A DNA stretch of 64,000 nucleotides from a virus (Duplodnaviria > Caudoviricetes). The notes beneath the pieces were generated by a model. It saw only the letters and a list, made by a program, of their open reading frames with translations. It was not told where the DNA came from and did not search any database. The translations under genes and the position numbers were made by a program. The stretch is taken from IMG/VR virus record IMGVR_UViG_3300037067_007801, positions 1 to 64,000 of that record; one strand, 5' to 3'. Below, piece by piece: positions 45,885 to 55,436 of the stretch; within the stretch, counting starts at the first letter, position 1; the number at the start of each line of letters is the position of its first letter.

Positions 45885-46475
45885 ATGGCAGCCCCGGATT
45901 TCCTCGTACTAGACGATCTGTACACACGAGTCGGCACGCGCAGAGTCATCGAACTTTTCGACGACGATAACGATGGCGACATCACCGGAACCTCCGAGGT
46001 CGCGGCGTATGAAGCCGTCATGTGCGAGGCCGAGTCCATCCTGTACTCTCGACTGCTGCGGTCGTACGCCGATAAGGCATCGATCGTGCTACTGGCCCAG
46101 AACGACGCGATCCTTCGAGGGCACTGCGCATGGGTCGCCATGGAGATCGCCAGCGAGCGTCGGTCGTTTGCTGCTGGTCGAGATGGCCGTGGTGCTTTCG
46201 TCTTCCAGTACGAGCGTGCGTTGCAAGAGTTCGACCTGTTGAGCCGTGGCCGGTCCAGGTCCAAGGGTGAGGCAGTGGCCGGTGTGTCCGGGAACGTCGG
46301 TGGTGTGGTGCAACCAACCCTTGCAACCGGTGAGAGTCGGTTCACGTTTGCAGACGAGATCGGGACGGACGGAACGAAACTCAGTCACGGTGGATACGCT
46401 ATCCTTCCACCCATTCTGCTACTCGGACTTGGACAGGACATCGTGGATCTGGCCATGAGGCTTTTGAATGGCTGA
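45885..46475 (+). CDS. Mu gp36-like head-tail adaptor (DUF1320-like)
   Basis: Position and pattern (ELFDDDNDG...EAESILYSRL...YERALQEF). Confidence 0.65.
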   Translation: MAAPDFLVLDDLYTRVGTRRVIELFDDDNDGDITGTSEVAAYEAVMCEAESILYSRLLRSYADKASIVLLAQNDAILRGHCAWVAMEIASERRSFAAGRDGRGAFVFQYERALQEFDLLSRGRSRSKGEAVAGVSGNVGGVVQPTLATGESRFTFADEIGTDGTKLSHGGYAILPPILLLGLGQDIVDLAMRLLNG

Positions 46476-46914
46476 GATTGTCACCGTCAACGTCGACATG
46501 CGGAAGTTGCAGAAGGCGCTTCGCGACTTCGATCAACGTGCCGACGCGGTGAACGTGGAAGGCATCGTGGCTGAAACGGTGCTCACCGCCATGGACGATT
46601 TGATGGAGTCGAACGGAAACGGTCAGTGGCCACCGTTCTCCGAGGTCACGTTGAGAATTCACCCGCGCCGTGTCGGTGGGGAGTTGCTTCGCGACACAGG
46701 CTTGCTCGCCGCGTTTCAGCCGAGTTCCGGTCCAGGGTGGGCAGAGGTTCGGAGCCCGGCACCGTACGCCGAGTACCACCAGAAGGGAACGAAGAAGACG
46801 CGCGGGCTGGTCTACAGCGATGACGGCATACCGAAGCGCGACTTCACCGGCATCGATATGAAGGCCACGCTCGACGAGGCTTGCACTGCCATCGCGGAGG
46901 CGATCGTAAGATGA
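46468..46914 (+). CDS. Mu gpG-like virion morphogenesis protein
   Basis: WPPFS..T...LLRDTGLL...YAEYHQKG...IPKRDFTG. Confidence 0.8.
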   Translation: MAEIVTVNVDMRKLQKALRDFDQRADAVNVEGIVAETVLTAMDDLMESNGNGQWPPFSEVTLRIHPRRVGGELLRDTGLLAAFQPSSGPGWAEVRSPAPYAEYHQKGTKKTRGLVYSDDGIPKRDFTGIDMKATLDEACTAIAEAIVR

Positions 46915-48098
46915 GTTCAATCGTCACAGCGGCTCGAGACTTGCTGGCGATCATCTCTCCCATGACCGGCACGCGGGCGACCGGCGTTGTCCATGTTCAC
47001 GCGACAGCAGCGAAGTCCGGCACGTACACGTGGGTTGCGAACGTCGTGACGGTCACTTGCGCTGCGCATGGGCACTCGGTTGACGACATCGTCACATTGG
47101 ACTTCACGAGTGGTGACGGCACGCCGGATGGAAACTACACGGTCGTGACCGTACCCGGAACCGGGTCGTTCACGGTTGCGTTGACCGGTGCTGGTGCTGG
47201 CGGAAACGTCACGATAGGCCAGAACGTAAGGGTCTACGAGGGCGAGTATGCCATCCCTGTTCTCGGTAGCTCGTACCGAGATGACCTCGTCATCAAGGTT
47301 GGTGCTGGCCCGAACACTGCAACCGACGGCCGAACATATTGGCTGGTGGCAAGTGCCGGAACCGACGTGACGTTTAAGTCCAACCTTGGTGGCGTGCGGC
47401 ACAACACGATCGTGCTGCCGACAACCGGGGACACGGTCATCGCGTTCGACCCACCTCTGGACAACATCGTGTCAGCCGTTCTCAAGACGAACTTCACCGG
47501 AGGTCTGGACGCCAGTGGCCTCGGCTGGTTGCGCGATGCCTTCATGTACGAGCAGTTCGAGGGCGACCCGACAGATCTTGGCCGAAGCAACCTCAACCAG
47601 TTGCCCGGCGTGCTCATCGTGTGGAAGGGCAGCGATGCTGCGGACGGGTCCAGCGTCTCACAGGTCTCACGCATGAGGATGAGTTCAACGCAGACCATGA
47701 TGAAGGAAACGTTCGACCTGATGATCTTCGTCGAGCGTGCCGAGAGCGACCACCTTCGTCGGTTGCAAGGGCTCTACCTGTCAGATCTCGCCGCTGGTTT
47801 CTTGACCGACCGCGTCATGATCGACGGCAACGTGGTCAGTTCCCCGTCCGGTGTGCAGGTGCAGCGCCGGTTTAAGCTGGGCATCCGAAATCCAGAGGGC
47901 TACATCAACACCTACGCCTATGGGATGACACTCTCGGTTATGCGGCCGTACGTGATGACAGACATGAGGACGTTCACGGATCTCAACACATTCGTTCTCG
48001 ACATGGTGAAGCCGTTCACCGTGGCCGAGGGTGGCGACATCCCGGTGGTCGGTGACGGACTGCCTGGGGATCCCGGCCTCAAGTTCAGCAACACGTAA
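46911..48098 (+). CDS. Putative tail completion protein with an inserted beta-rich domain
   Basis: Before the sheath; contains VTVTCAAHGHSVDDIVTL...GNYTV segment. Confidence 0.55.
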   Translation: MSSIVTAARDLLAIISPMTGTRATGVVHVHATAAKSGTYTWVANVVTVTCAAHGHSVDDIVTLDFTSGDGTPDGNYTVVTVPGTGSFTVALTGAGAGGNVTIGQNVRVYEGEYAIPVLGSSYRDDLVIKVGAGPNTATDGRTYWLVASAGTDVTFKSNLGGVRHNTIVLPTTGDTVIAFDPPLDNIVSAVLKTNFTGGLDASGLGWLRDAFMYEQFEGDPTDLGRSNLNQLPGVLIVWKGSDAADGSSVSQVSRMRMSSTQTMMKETFDLMIFVERAESDHLRRLQGLYLSDLAAGFLTDRVMIDGNVVSSPSGVQVQRRFKLGIRNPEGYINTYAYGMTLSVMRPYVMTDMRTFTDLNTFVLDMVKPFTVAEGGDIPVVGDGLPGDPGLKFSNT

Positions 48099-48101
48099 AC
48101 C

Positions 48102-48136
48102 AAGATTTCGACAGTCACACCGCGATGGGTTAGATT
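48102..48136 (+). promoter_or_regulatory. Putative late promoter
   Basis: AAGATT-TCGACA-17 bp-TAGATT. Confidence 0.6.
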
Positions 48137-48158
48137 GGCCGTGAAGGAGCACACTTCA

Positions 48159-48473
48159 ATGGCCGAAATCACGTTCCGCTACTTCCGATCGGTCGAAGGC
48201 AAGGTGGTCCCGCGCTACGGCACGGCCACCTTCATCGGCGTCAAGCGCGACAAGGTTCAGGGCTGGGTTTGGAACACCGATCTCGTGGTGCGCATTCCCG
48301 AGTCCGAGACGACGCGCTACCTGCGGGAGTACAGGCGGGCGCTGGAAGATGACTCCATGACCGAATGTGCGCGCGTGGACTACGAGGCGCAGAACACAGA
48401 AGTGCGTACCGAAGTGCGCGAGGAACCCACCGAGGTCGTACGCCGTCGCCGCCAAAAGGGCGAGGAGGATTAG
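48159..48473 (+). CDS. Small tail-associated protein
   Basis: AAGGAG RBS; directly before sheath. Confidence 0.55.
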   Translation: MAEITFRYFRSVEGKVVPRYGTATFIGVKRDKVQGWVWNTDLVVRIPESETTRYLREYRRALEDDSMTECARVDYEAQNTEVRTEVREEPTEVVRRRRQKGEED

Positions 48474-48476
48474 CCA

Positions 48477-50009
48477 ATGCCCGTTACGCCAGTTGTCGCC
48501 CCGTCGGTTGTCACACCGGGTCTGTATTTGTCCGTCAACCTCCTCGCCGGTTCTCAGAGCACCGGGTCCGGAAGTCGGCGCATCGCCATCCTGGCGAGCA
48601 AGAGTGCCAGCGGGAACCTGACGCACGACACCGAGCGCCGCACGATCACCAGTTCGGACGATGCTTCCACGGCGTTCGGTCCCGGAACGTTGGGCCATCT
48701 TGCTGCGAAGATCATCTTCGCCAAGTGGCCGGCCGCTCCGGTGGACGTCGTTTCCCCGACTCCTGGTGCGACTCTGGCGACGCTGGCGGTTACCGCTGCC
48801 GGTGCTCCGACGGCCGCGAGCGTTGCGGACGTCGACATCTGCGGGCGCACGACCCAGATCACCTGGGAAGTTGGCGAGTCGCCGACCGAGTTCGCCGCCA
48901 AGATCATCGACTGGATCCTCGGTGAGAACGACGACCTTCCGGTCACCGCCGCGGCTGGCGCTGCCGGTGTCCTGAACATCAACTCGAAGGTCACCGGGAA
49001 CATCGGCAACGACGTGATCGTGGAGTGCAAGCTCCGCTTGCAGACCGGTACGGAGACCCTGACCGGTGCGGCTACGCCGACGCATCTTGCCGGTGGCACC
49101 ACGGACGGCGCTCTGACTACGGCGCTGACCGCGCTCGTCGGGCGCACGTACCGCTACATCATCCCGTGCATCAGCAACGCGGATGCTGCTGCCACTGGTG
49201 CGGCGAACGGAATCAACAAGGTGCGCACGCACATCAACCTCTACAACACCGGCCTGGACGCTCGACTCCAGCAGCAGGTTGTCGGGTTGACGACTACCGC
49301 GGCTGCGGCCATCGCCACGACACCGCACACCAACAGCGGTGGGAACGACGGCACGGGCGAGATGATTCTGTGCATCGGTGGGCGGTCCATGCCCGCGGAG
49401 TTTGCGGCTCGTGAGTGCGTCGGTCGCGCCTACGCCACATCGCTGGATCCGGCCGCCAACCGCATCGGCGAACTGATGGACATGGTCTACGGATCGCACG
49501 ACATCGTGGCCGACAAGCCGACGTCTGCCGAGGCCGAGCAGGTTATCGGCGGCGGGTGTTCGTTGGTGTCCTACAATGCGCAGGACGCCATGTTCCTGAT
49601 GCGCGCCGTGACCATGCACTCGCAGACGACGACCGGTGGCGCCGACCGGCGCCTGCTCGACACGCAGAACGTGGACGCGGTCTACGACATCGCGGAAGAC
49701 CTGCAATCGGCTCTGCCGCAGGAGTTCCCGAACTCCAAGATCACGGCCGACAGCGACAGCCCGACCGACCCGCTTCCTCCGCGGACGATCACGCCTCGGG
49801 ACATCAAGGCGTTCATCGTGTCGCGCATGTTCACCTGGGCGAAGCTCGGGGTCGTGGATCGAACGAAGCTCCAGACGGCGGTCGATGCCGGCGACTTCAT
49901 CGTGGAGATCAACAGCACGGACGCGAGTCAGGTGGACATCGTAGTTCCGGCGTCCATTCTGCCGCCGCTCGCGAAGATGGGCGTTCAGGTCAACCGCGTG
50001 CCGGCCTAG
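48477..50009 (+). CDS. Contractile tail sheath (Mu gpL-like)
   Basis: 510 aa; PGLYL N-terminus, MRAVT, SQVDIVVP..I C-terminus; followed by tube. Confidence 0.85.
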   Translation: MPVTPVVAPSVVTPGLYLSVNLLAGSQSTGSGSRRIAILASKSASGNLTHDTERRTITSSDDASTAFGPGTLGHLAAKIIFAKWPAAPVDVVSPTPGATLATLAVTAAGAPTAASVADVDICGRTTQITWEVGESPTEFAAKIIDWILGENDDLPVTAAAGAAGVLNINSKVTGNIGNDVIVECKLRLQTGTETLTGAATPTHLAGGTTDGALTTALTALVGRTYRYIIPCISNADAAATGAANGINKVRTHINLYNTGLDARLQQQVVGLTTTAAAAIATTPHTNSGGNDGTGEMILCIGGRSMPAEFAARECVGRAYATSLDPAANRIGELMDMVYGSHDIVADKPTSAEAEQVIGGGCSLVSYNAQDAMFLMRAVTMHSQTTTGGADRRLLDTQNVDAVYDIAEDLQSALPQEFPNSKITADSDSPTDPLPPRTITPRDIKAFIVSRMFTWAKLGVVDRTKLQTAVDAGDFIVEINSTDASQVDIVVPASILPPLAKMGVQVNRVPA

Positions 50010-50030
50010 ACCGGACGTTAGGAGAAACGC

Positions 50031-50405
50031 ATGTCGATACCTACTCCCGAAATCTTCCCGAAGGGGCAAGTCGCAATCGGAAACGGCCAGTGGCAGCACT
50101 GCACCGGCTGCAAGTTCAGCTACGAGAACGGCGCGGAAGTCGTCGACACGTTCGGCGGCTCCGGGTTCACGACTGGACCGCGGAAGGGCAGCGCGTCGTT
50201 CGAGACCGCGATCGGCGTCAACGGGCAGGACCTCGACACGCTCAAGAAGATCAAGAACGGCGAGCCCGTGCAGGTCCGTTTTCACTTCCCGGCCGGGCGC
50301 ACCGTCACGATGACCGGCGTGTTCGACAAGACCGACTTCGACTTCTCGATGGACAAGCCGATCACCGAGAGCCTCTCGATGAAGGGCGTCGTGGAGTTCA
50401 TCTAG
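50031..50405 (+). CDS. Tail tube protein
   Basis: 124 aa after sheath. Confidence 0.75.
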   Translation: MSIPTPEIFPKGQVAIGNGQWQHCTGCKFSYENGAEVVDTFGGSGFTTGPRKGSASFETAIGVNGQDLDTLKKIKNGEPVQVRFHFPAGRTVTMTGVFDKTDFDFSMDKPITESLSMKGVVEFI

Positions 50406-50408
50406 TCC

Positions 50409-50999
50409 ATGCCACTGACAGAAGACACGCATCCGCACGTGATCGAGCAACTGCTCGGCCGAGACTGGAAAGGTCTCGAGGTGCTGGAGAGCGACGGTCG
50501 GCTGCTGTTTCCCGACAAGATCTACAAGCGCACAGTCGACGGCTCGTTCATTGGACAAGACGTGTTGCTCCAAGTTCCGCGCGAGCCCGATCTTCGATGG
50601 GCGCGTCTCGAGGCACGACGAATCGCAGCGGCGAGTGACCCGCCGTTGAACCCGGAGCTCGACCGCGACCTCATCGAAAACCTCGAAGCCATGTGTCTGG
50701 TATCTCGGTGTATGCGCGATCCCAAAGTGCCGACGCGAGAGTTCGACCCTGACCCAGAACACCTGGAAGCGGCGTGGGACAAGGGTGCACTGACTCAGAT
50801 CTATGAAAAGCTCGATCGACTCGCACAGGTCGTGGACCCACGACCGGAATCGCTCGGCGAAGATGAAATGTTCGCCGTCGTTGCTGCCATCGTCAAGGCG
50901 CGCAACATCCTCCCTTTAGCCGTATACGGGCCGGCTGCGCAGAATATCTGCGTAGTTACTATGGCCGACCGGCTTGTGACCTTACTGGCGTCGAAGTGA
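50409..50999 (+). CDS. Tail assembly chaperone (G-like)
   Basis: Between tube and tape measure; slippery C-CCT-TTA at 50912-50918. Confidence 0.7.
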   Translation: MPLTEDTHPHVIEQLLGRDWKGLEVLESDGRLLFPDKIYKRTVDGSFIGQDVLLQVPREPDLRWARLEARRIAAASDPPLNPELDRDLIENLEAMCLVSRCMRDPKVPTREFDPDPEHLEAAWDKGALTQIYEKLDRLAQVVDPRPESLGEDEMFAVVAAIVKARNILPLAVYGPAAQNICVVTMADRLVTLLASK

Positions 51000-51256
51000 T
51001 CATGGGCCTCGTTCGAGGCCTCGATTCCGGAGCGATACCACTTGCGCGTCCCAGCGACCTTGCGATGGCCGCATGGGGCGGTGAGTACGAACTCATGGGC
51101 CACGTGAAGGATCTGCTGTTCGGCGCCGACCTATCGATTCTGGAAGGCATCTGGAGTAAGATGCAGGAGCGTGGCGAGCGCACTGACGATCGGCGCGAGA
51201 CAGCACGGCAGTGGCATGACGAATTGGCCAAGCTCGGGCAGCACTTGAAACCGTAG
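50915..51256 (+). CDS. Tail assembly chaperone -1 frameshift extension (GT-like)
   Basis: -1 frame is stop-free from 50915 to 51256. Confidence 0.65.
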   Translation, partial: FSRIRAGCAEYLRSYYGRPACDLTGVEVIMGLVRGLDSGAIPLARPSDLAMAAWGGEYELMGHVKDLLFGADLSILEGIWSKMQERGERTDDRRETARQWHDELAKLGQHLKP

Positions 51257-51263
51257 GTGAGAC

Positions 51264-53318
51264 ATGGCGACCGAAGAAGCGAAAATCGTCGTCAACATAG
51301 AACGCGGTGCGTTCAAGACGGCGCTGAAGGGCATGGAGGGCGAGGTCGCATCCAGCGGCAGGCGCATGAAGTCGTCCCTCTCGGGCGCGTTCAGCGCTGG
51401 TCTGGGCAACGTCAAGAATACGATCAAGGGCATGTTCTCCGGTATCGGTGGCCACATGAAGACGATCGCGACATTCGGTGGTGCCATCGGCGCAGGAGTG
51501 CTGATCAAGGACGCTCTGCATCTGCAAACGCTCTACCGCAACATCGCGTACAACATGAGCAAGATTCCTGGCCAGGCGATGCGGTGGCAGGATGTGCAAG
51601 CTGTCGTCAATAAGACGGTTGAGAAAACAGGTGCGAAGGCCGAAGACTTGGCGACCACATTCGGGAACCTGTCTCAAGAGATGGATCTCGAATCTGCGAA
51701 GAAAACTCTTGAAGCCATCGCGACCATGTCCACGGCGACCGGGAAATCGATGGAGAGTTTCACGGACGTCGCCATTCGTGGTGTTGAGAAGTTCAAGATC
51801 TCTACGAATGATTTGCCCGAGGCCCTTGCGCAGTTCGAATCTCTCACTGACATTGGTGGTCCAAAACTCGAAGAACTCGGACGCAAGTTTGGGTTATTGG
51901 CGGGAGCCGCATCGGATGCTGGTTTCGTCGGTGCCGAGGGTATGAAGTCGCTTATGAACATGATGATTCAAGCCGATGATGTCATCGGTGAGAATTCAGA
52001 GAGAGCTTTTAAGAACATATTCTCGGTACTGAGAGAGGGCGGATCTGGATTGGCCGGTATCGAAAAGAAGATGGGTGGAAAGTTTGCGAAGGGCACCGGG
52101 GGCAAGGAGAAGATGGAGGCCATTCTGGCCAAGGGCGGTGGTGCTCGCGGTGAATTTGAAAAGAAACTCAGCGCGGAAGGATTACTCGCGTTCAAGCAGT
52201 TGGTTCCTATTTTCGACGACACGATGAAGGAAGCACTCGCGGCGGGCAAGTCTAGACAGGAGGCCACGACTCTTGCTGTCAAGGCTTTCGATGATAGCAT
52301 CACAGGAGCCAACAAGAAGACGCGGACCTACGCGCAAAATTTGGAAGCCGCCACGAAGCGATTGAAGGAAGATCCTGCTCTGCAACTTCAGAAGGCCATG
52401 AACAAGTTGCAGGAAGTCATGACGTCTCCGAAGGCGCTGGCCTCGATCAAGAAGTTGATGGACATCCTTCCTCCGTTGGCCGAGAAGATTGCGGCCTTGC
52501 TCGGCGTTGTCATGGATCATCCGTTGCTGTCTGGCGCCGGCGCTGTCGGTGGAAAGCTCGGAGCGTCACTTGTCGGTGGCATGGTTTCCAGAACGCTTGG
52601 TGGTGGATTCGGTGGCGGTCCTGGTGCTGCTGGATCTCCTGGCATGGCACCTTCGGCTGCTGGACTTTCGGCTTCGCAGATGGGCATGACTCCCGCGAAG
52701 ATGACGATGACCGGTGGCGGGAAGATGATCGTCACGCCTGGAACCGGCTGGCCTATGGTTCCACCTGACTCTACCAAGATGGGGTTGACTGGACAGCAGA
52801 TCGGTACTGGCTTCGCTGGAGCTGTCGCTGCGCTCGGAGTCGGTGTGGCGATCGGAACTGCGATCTCCGGTGTGCTGCAAAGCGCTGCCGATGACCTCAT
52901 CAATCGAGAGAACAAGTCGAGAAAAGCTTACGACAAGATTCGTGCAGATGCAGCCAATCTTGGCGATATCAATACGCCACAGAAAATGACAGGCGCGAGA
53001 AAAATAATTGAGAGGACCGTGGATACGACAGCCTATGAAGCTGAAAAGCTCATGGGTGTCGAGGGCACAATCAAATCACTGGTTGGGACTCTCAGTGCTC
53101 TGTTTACTGGTGGCGACGATCCGTTCACGGTCTTCAAAAATAATGTGGCACGCCAGACGATGGTCTTCGATGAACTCAATAAGAGCGTAAAAGCTCCGAA
53201 GACTTCACTTGAAGACTTCTCGAAGACCCTTGATAAAATCAACAATGGTGGAACGTCGCGCGGCCCCGTGACCAAACCTCCGCCGACACCCGGTGCTGCA
53301 CCGACTCCAGGAAAGTAG
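51264..53318 (+). CDS. Tape measure protein
   Basis: Ala/Gly/Lys-rich helical ORF after chaperones. Confidence 0.75.
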   Translation: MATEEAKIVVNIERGAFKTALKGMEGEVASSGRRMKSSLSGAFSAGLGNVKNTIKGMFSGIGGHMKTIATFGGAIGAGVLIKDALHLQTLYRNIAYNMSKIPGQAMRWQDVQAVVNKTVEKTGAKAEDLATTFGNLSQEMDLESAKKTLEAIATMSTATGKSMESFTDVAIRGVEKFKISTNDLPEALAQFESLTDIGGPKLEELGRKFGLLAGAASDAGFVGAEGMKSLMNMMIQADDVIGENSERAFKNIFSVLREGGSGLAGIEKKMGGKFAKGTGGKEKMEAILAKGGGARGEFEKKLSAEGLLAFKQLVPIFDDTMKEALAAGKSRQEATTLAVKAFDDSITGANKKTRTYAQNLEAATKRLKEDPALQLQKAMNKLQEVMTSPKALASIKKLMDILPPLAEKIAALLGVVMDHPLLSGAGAVGGKLGASLVGGMVSRTLGGGFGGGPGAAGSPGMAPSAAGLSASQMGMTPAKMTMTGGGKMIVTPGTGWPMVPPDSTKMGLTGQQIGTGFAGAVAALGVGVAIGTAISGVLQSAADDLINRENKSRKAYDKIRADAANLGDINTPQKMTGARKIIERTVDTTAYEAEKLMGVEGTIKSLVGTLSALFTGGDDPFTVFKNNVARQTMVFDELNKSVKAPKTSLEDFSKTLDKINNGGTSRGPVTKPPPTPGAAPTPGK

Positions 53319-53327
53319 GAGGACGAC

Positions 53328-54320
53328 GTGGCAAAGACGTTCCCCAATGACAGCAGCGACTACACGTTCGTCGACTACTTCAAAGAGTACGGTCCGGCGA
53401 CATGGACCGTCGGTGGCACGACGATCGGCTTCCCGGTGATCAGCATCTCAGAGGACGGTGGTAACCGTATCGTTCGTCACGAGCGACCGCGGCGCGATGG
53501 CGCCAAACTCGACGACATGGCCAGTAAGCCGCGGATCTTCTCGTTCGAGGCCATGTTCGACAACGGGTTGCTGGCGTTCCCCGATGCCGAGCTCGTCCTG
53601 AACGACGTCAACGGAGGGATGTCACTTTATCCCGACGTCCTGAACGCGCTCTTGGATTCGTTCAACGTACACGAGACCGGGGATCTGTTCGTTCCGACGA
53701 GAGGCAAGGTGCGTGCGCGTGCCGAGTCGTATAGCCGAAACGAGAACGCCAACGTGCGCAACAACGCGCGAGTTCACCTGACGTTCGTTGTGGACAACGA
53801 GGACAGCCTGGACGCAGCCGGGTTCCAACCTCCGGCAGTATCGGCGTCGGCTATCGCAGTGGCGACCGTTGCCGAGGAGGAAGCCGAGAAGACCGGCGCG
53901 TGGGATGGTTCGATCTCCGACCTCATGGAGATGGCGAACAACATCGAGGGACTCGCGAACGCTCCAGGCGATTTCCTGAGCGATGTAGAGGAACAAGCCG
54001 GTGCGCTCAAGGCGGCCGTCGACAAGGTCGTGAAGGCACACTCGGACGCGACGACAGAGGGGCGCGACCTGATGTTGGACCCCGAGAGTTCGACCCTTGG
54101 AAAGCACCTCGCGTCCATGAAAGAAATGGCAGGTCAAGCCATCGAGAAAAGCCGACGCGGCGTTCCTGGTTTTCAGACGTTCACCTACGCCACGCGCATG
54201 TCGATCTTCGATATCGCCGCTGCGGTCGGTGTGGATGCTTCGACGTTGATGCAGATCAACTCCCAGATTGAGGACCAGTTGGACATCCCGGCCGGGACCG
54301 GTGTCAGGGTTCCGGTGTAA
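53328..54320 (+). CDS. Mu gpN-like DNA circularisation/tail protein with LysM-like end
   Basis: GNRIVRHERPRRDGAKLDDM; IAAAVG...LMQINSQI.D.LDIPAG. Confidence 0.75.
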   Translation: MAKTFPNDSSDYTFVDYFKEYGPATWTVGGTTIGFPVISISEDGGNRIVRHERPRRDGAKLDDMASKPRIFSFEAMFDNGLLAFPDAELVLNDVNGGMSLYPDVLNALLDSFNVHETGDLFVPTRGKVRARAESYSRNENANVRNNARVHLTFVVDNEDSLDAAGFQPPAVSASAIAVATVAEEEAEKTGAWDGSISDLMEMANNIEGLANAPGDFLSDVEEQAGALKAAVDKVVKAHSDATTEGRDLMLDPESSTLGKHLASMKEMAGQAIEKSRRGVPGFQTFTYATRMSIFDIAAAVGVDASTLMQINSQIEDQLDIPAGTGVRVPV

Positions 54321-54323
54321 CCC

Positions 54324-55436
54324 ATGGCAGGCGTCGTCGACAAGGTGCACATTGAGGCTGTCGGAACTGGGATCATCGACAACCTCACGTCGTTGCAGGT
54401 GACGAACGACCTCAATGCTCCGAGCGAGGGCGCCTTCGAGATGGGGAACGAGGGCACGTGGCCAGCGATCGTCGACCAGGTGAAGCACGGAACCGAGTAC
54501 AAAGTGTTCGTCAACGACCTGTTGCGGCTGAGTGGTCGCATCGAATTTACTGACCAGCCTACCGACGCACAGGCTGGTTCGACCGTGAGACTCACCGTGC
54601 GTACGAAACTTGCCGACGCGCAGTACGCATCGGCGCCTCCGAACGTGAAGGTCAAGGACACTTCGATCAAGGAGTTCCTGCTCAAGTTGTACGCGCCGCT
54701 GGGATACACCGAGGCCGACTTCGAGTGGTCACAGGCTACAGGGCGTGATCTCCTAACTGGAGAGGGGAGCAAGGGCGCTGGCGACACCGTCGACCTTGAG
54801 CCGATGACGGCACAGGACGCCAAGGTCAATCCTCCCGAGACGGTTTTCGATGCTGCCGATCGGCATCTTCGACGGCACGGTCTGATGCACTGGGATTCGC
54901 CTGATGGCAAGATCATCGTTGGGTCGCCGGCCGCGGACGGTTCCGCTCTGTACCGGCTCATCATGAACGTGGATGGCCGAGGCAACAACATCCTTGCGTG
55001 TACGGCATCGCAGGACTGGTCCGGAGTTCCGAGCAGCGTCACCGTGGTCGGGTCGCAGAAGAAGAGTGGAACCTCACGCAAGAGGGTCACGGCGATCGAG
55101 ATCGACAGCGACGTCAGCGCCGCCGGGTTCTATCGGCCCGTCGTGATTCCTGCCGAGGGCATCGGATCTGTGGACAAGGCGAAGCGGGCCGCGGCTCGAG
55201 AGATGTCCGCACGTCGCAGGAACATGGACGCCTGGGACATCGAAGTCGATGGCTTGTCCTGGTGGGATGGGGACCACGGTGTGAACTGGGCCACGGACAC
55301 TTTCGTCGAGATTGAGAGCGATCTCATCGGACGGCCGACCGGCCTGTACTACATCCACCGGGTGATGTACCGGCGCGACATCAGTGGCGACAAGACGAAC
55401 CTGAGCGTGATTCGTAAAGGGCTGTGGGTGCTGTGA
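54324..55436 (+). CDS. Baseplate hub (Mu gpP/gp44-like)
   Basis: Size, position, HWDSPDGKIIVG. Confidence 0.7.
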   Translation: MAGVVDKVHIEAVGTGIIDNLTSLQVTNDLNAPSEGAFEMGNEGTWPAIVDQVKHGTEYKVFVNDLLRLSGRIEFTDQPTDAQAGSTVRLTVRTKLADAQYASAPPNVKVKDTSIKEFLLKLYAPLGYTEADFEWSQATGRDLLTGEGSKGAGDTVDLEPMTAQDAKVNPPETVFDAADRHLRRHGLMHWDSPDGKIIVGSPAADGSALYRLIMNVDGRGNNILACTASQDWSGVPSSVTVVGSQKKSGTSRKRVTAIEIDSDVSAAGFYRPVVIPAEGIGSVDKAKRAAAREMSARRRNMDAWDIEVDGLSWWDGDHGVNWATDTFVEIESDLIGRPTGLYYIHRVMYRRDISGDKTNLSVIRKGLWVL

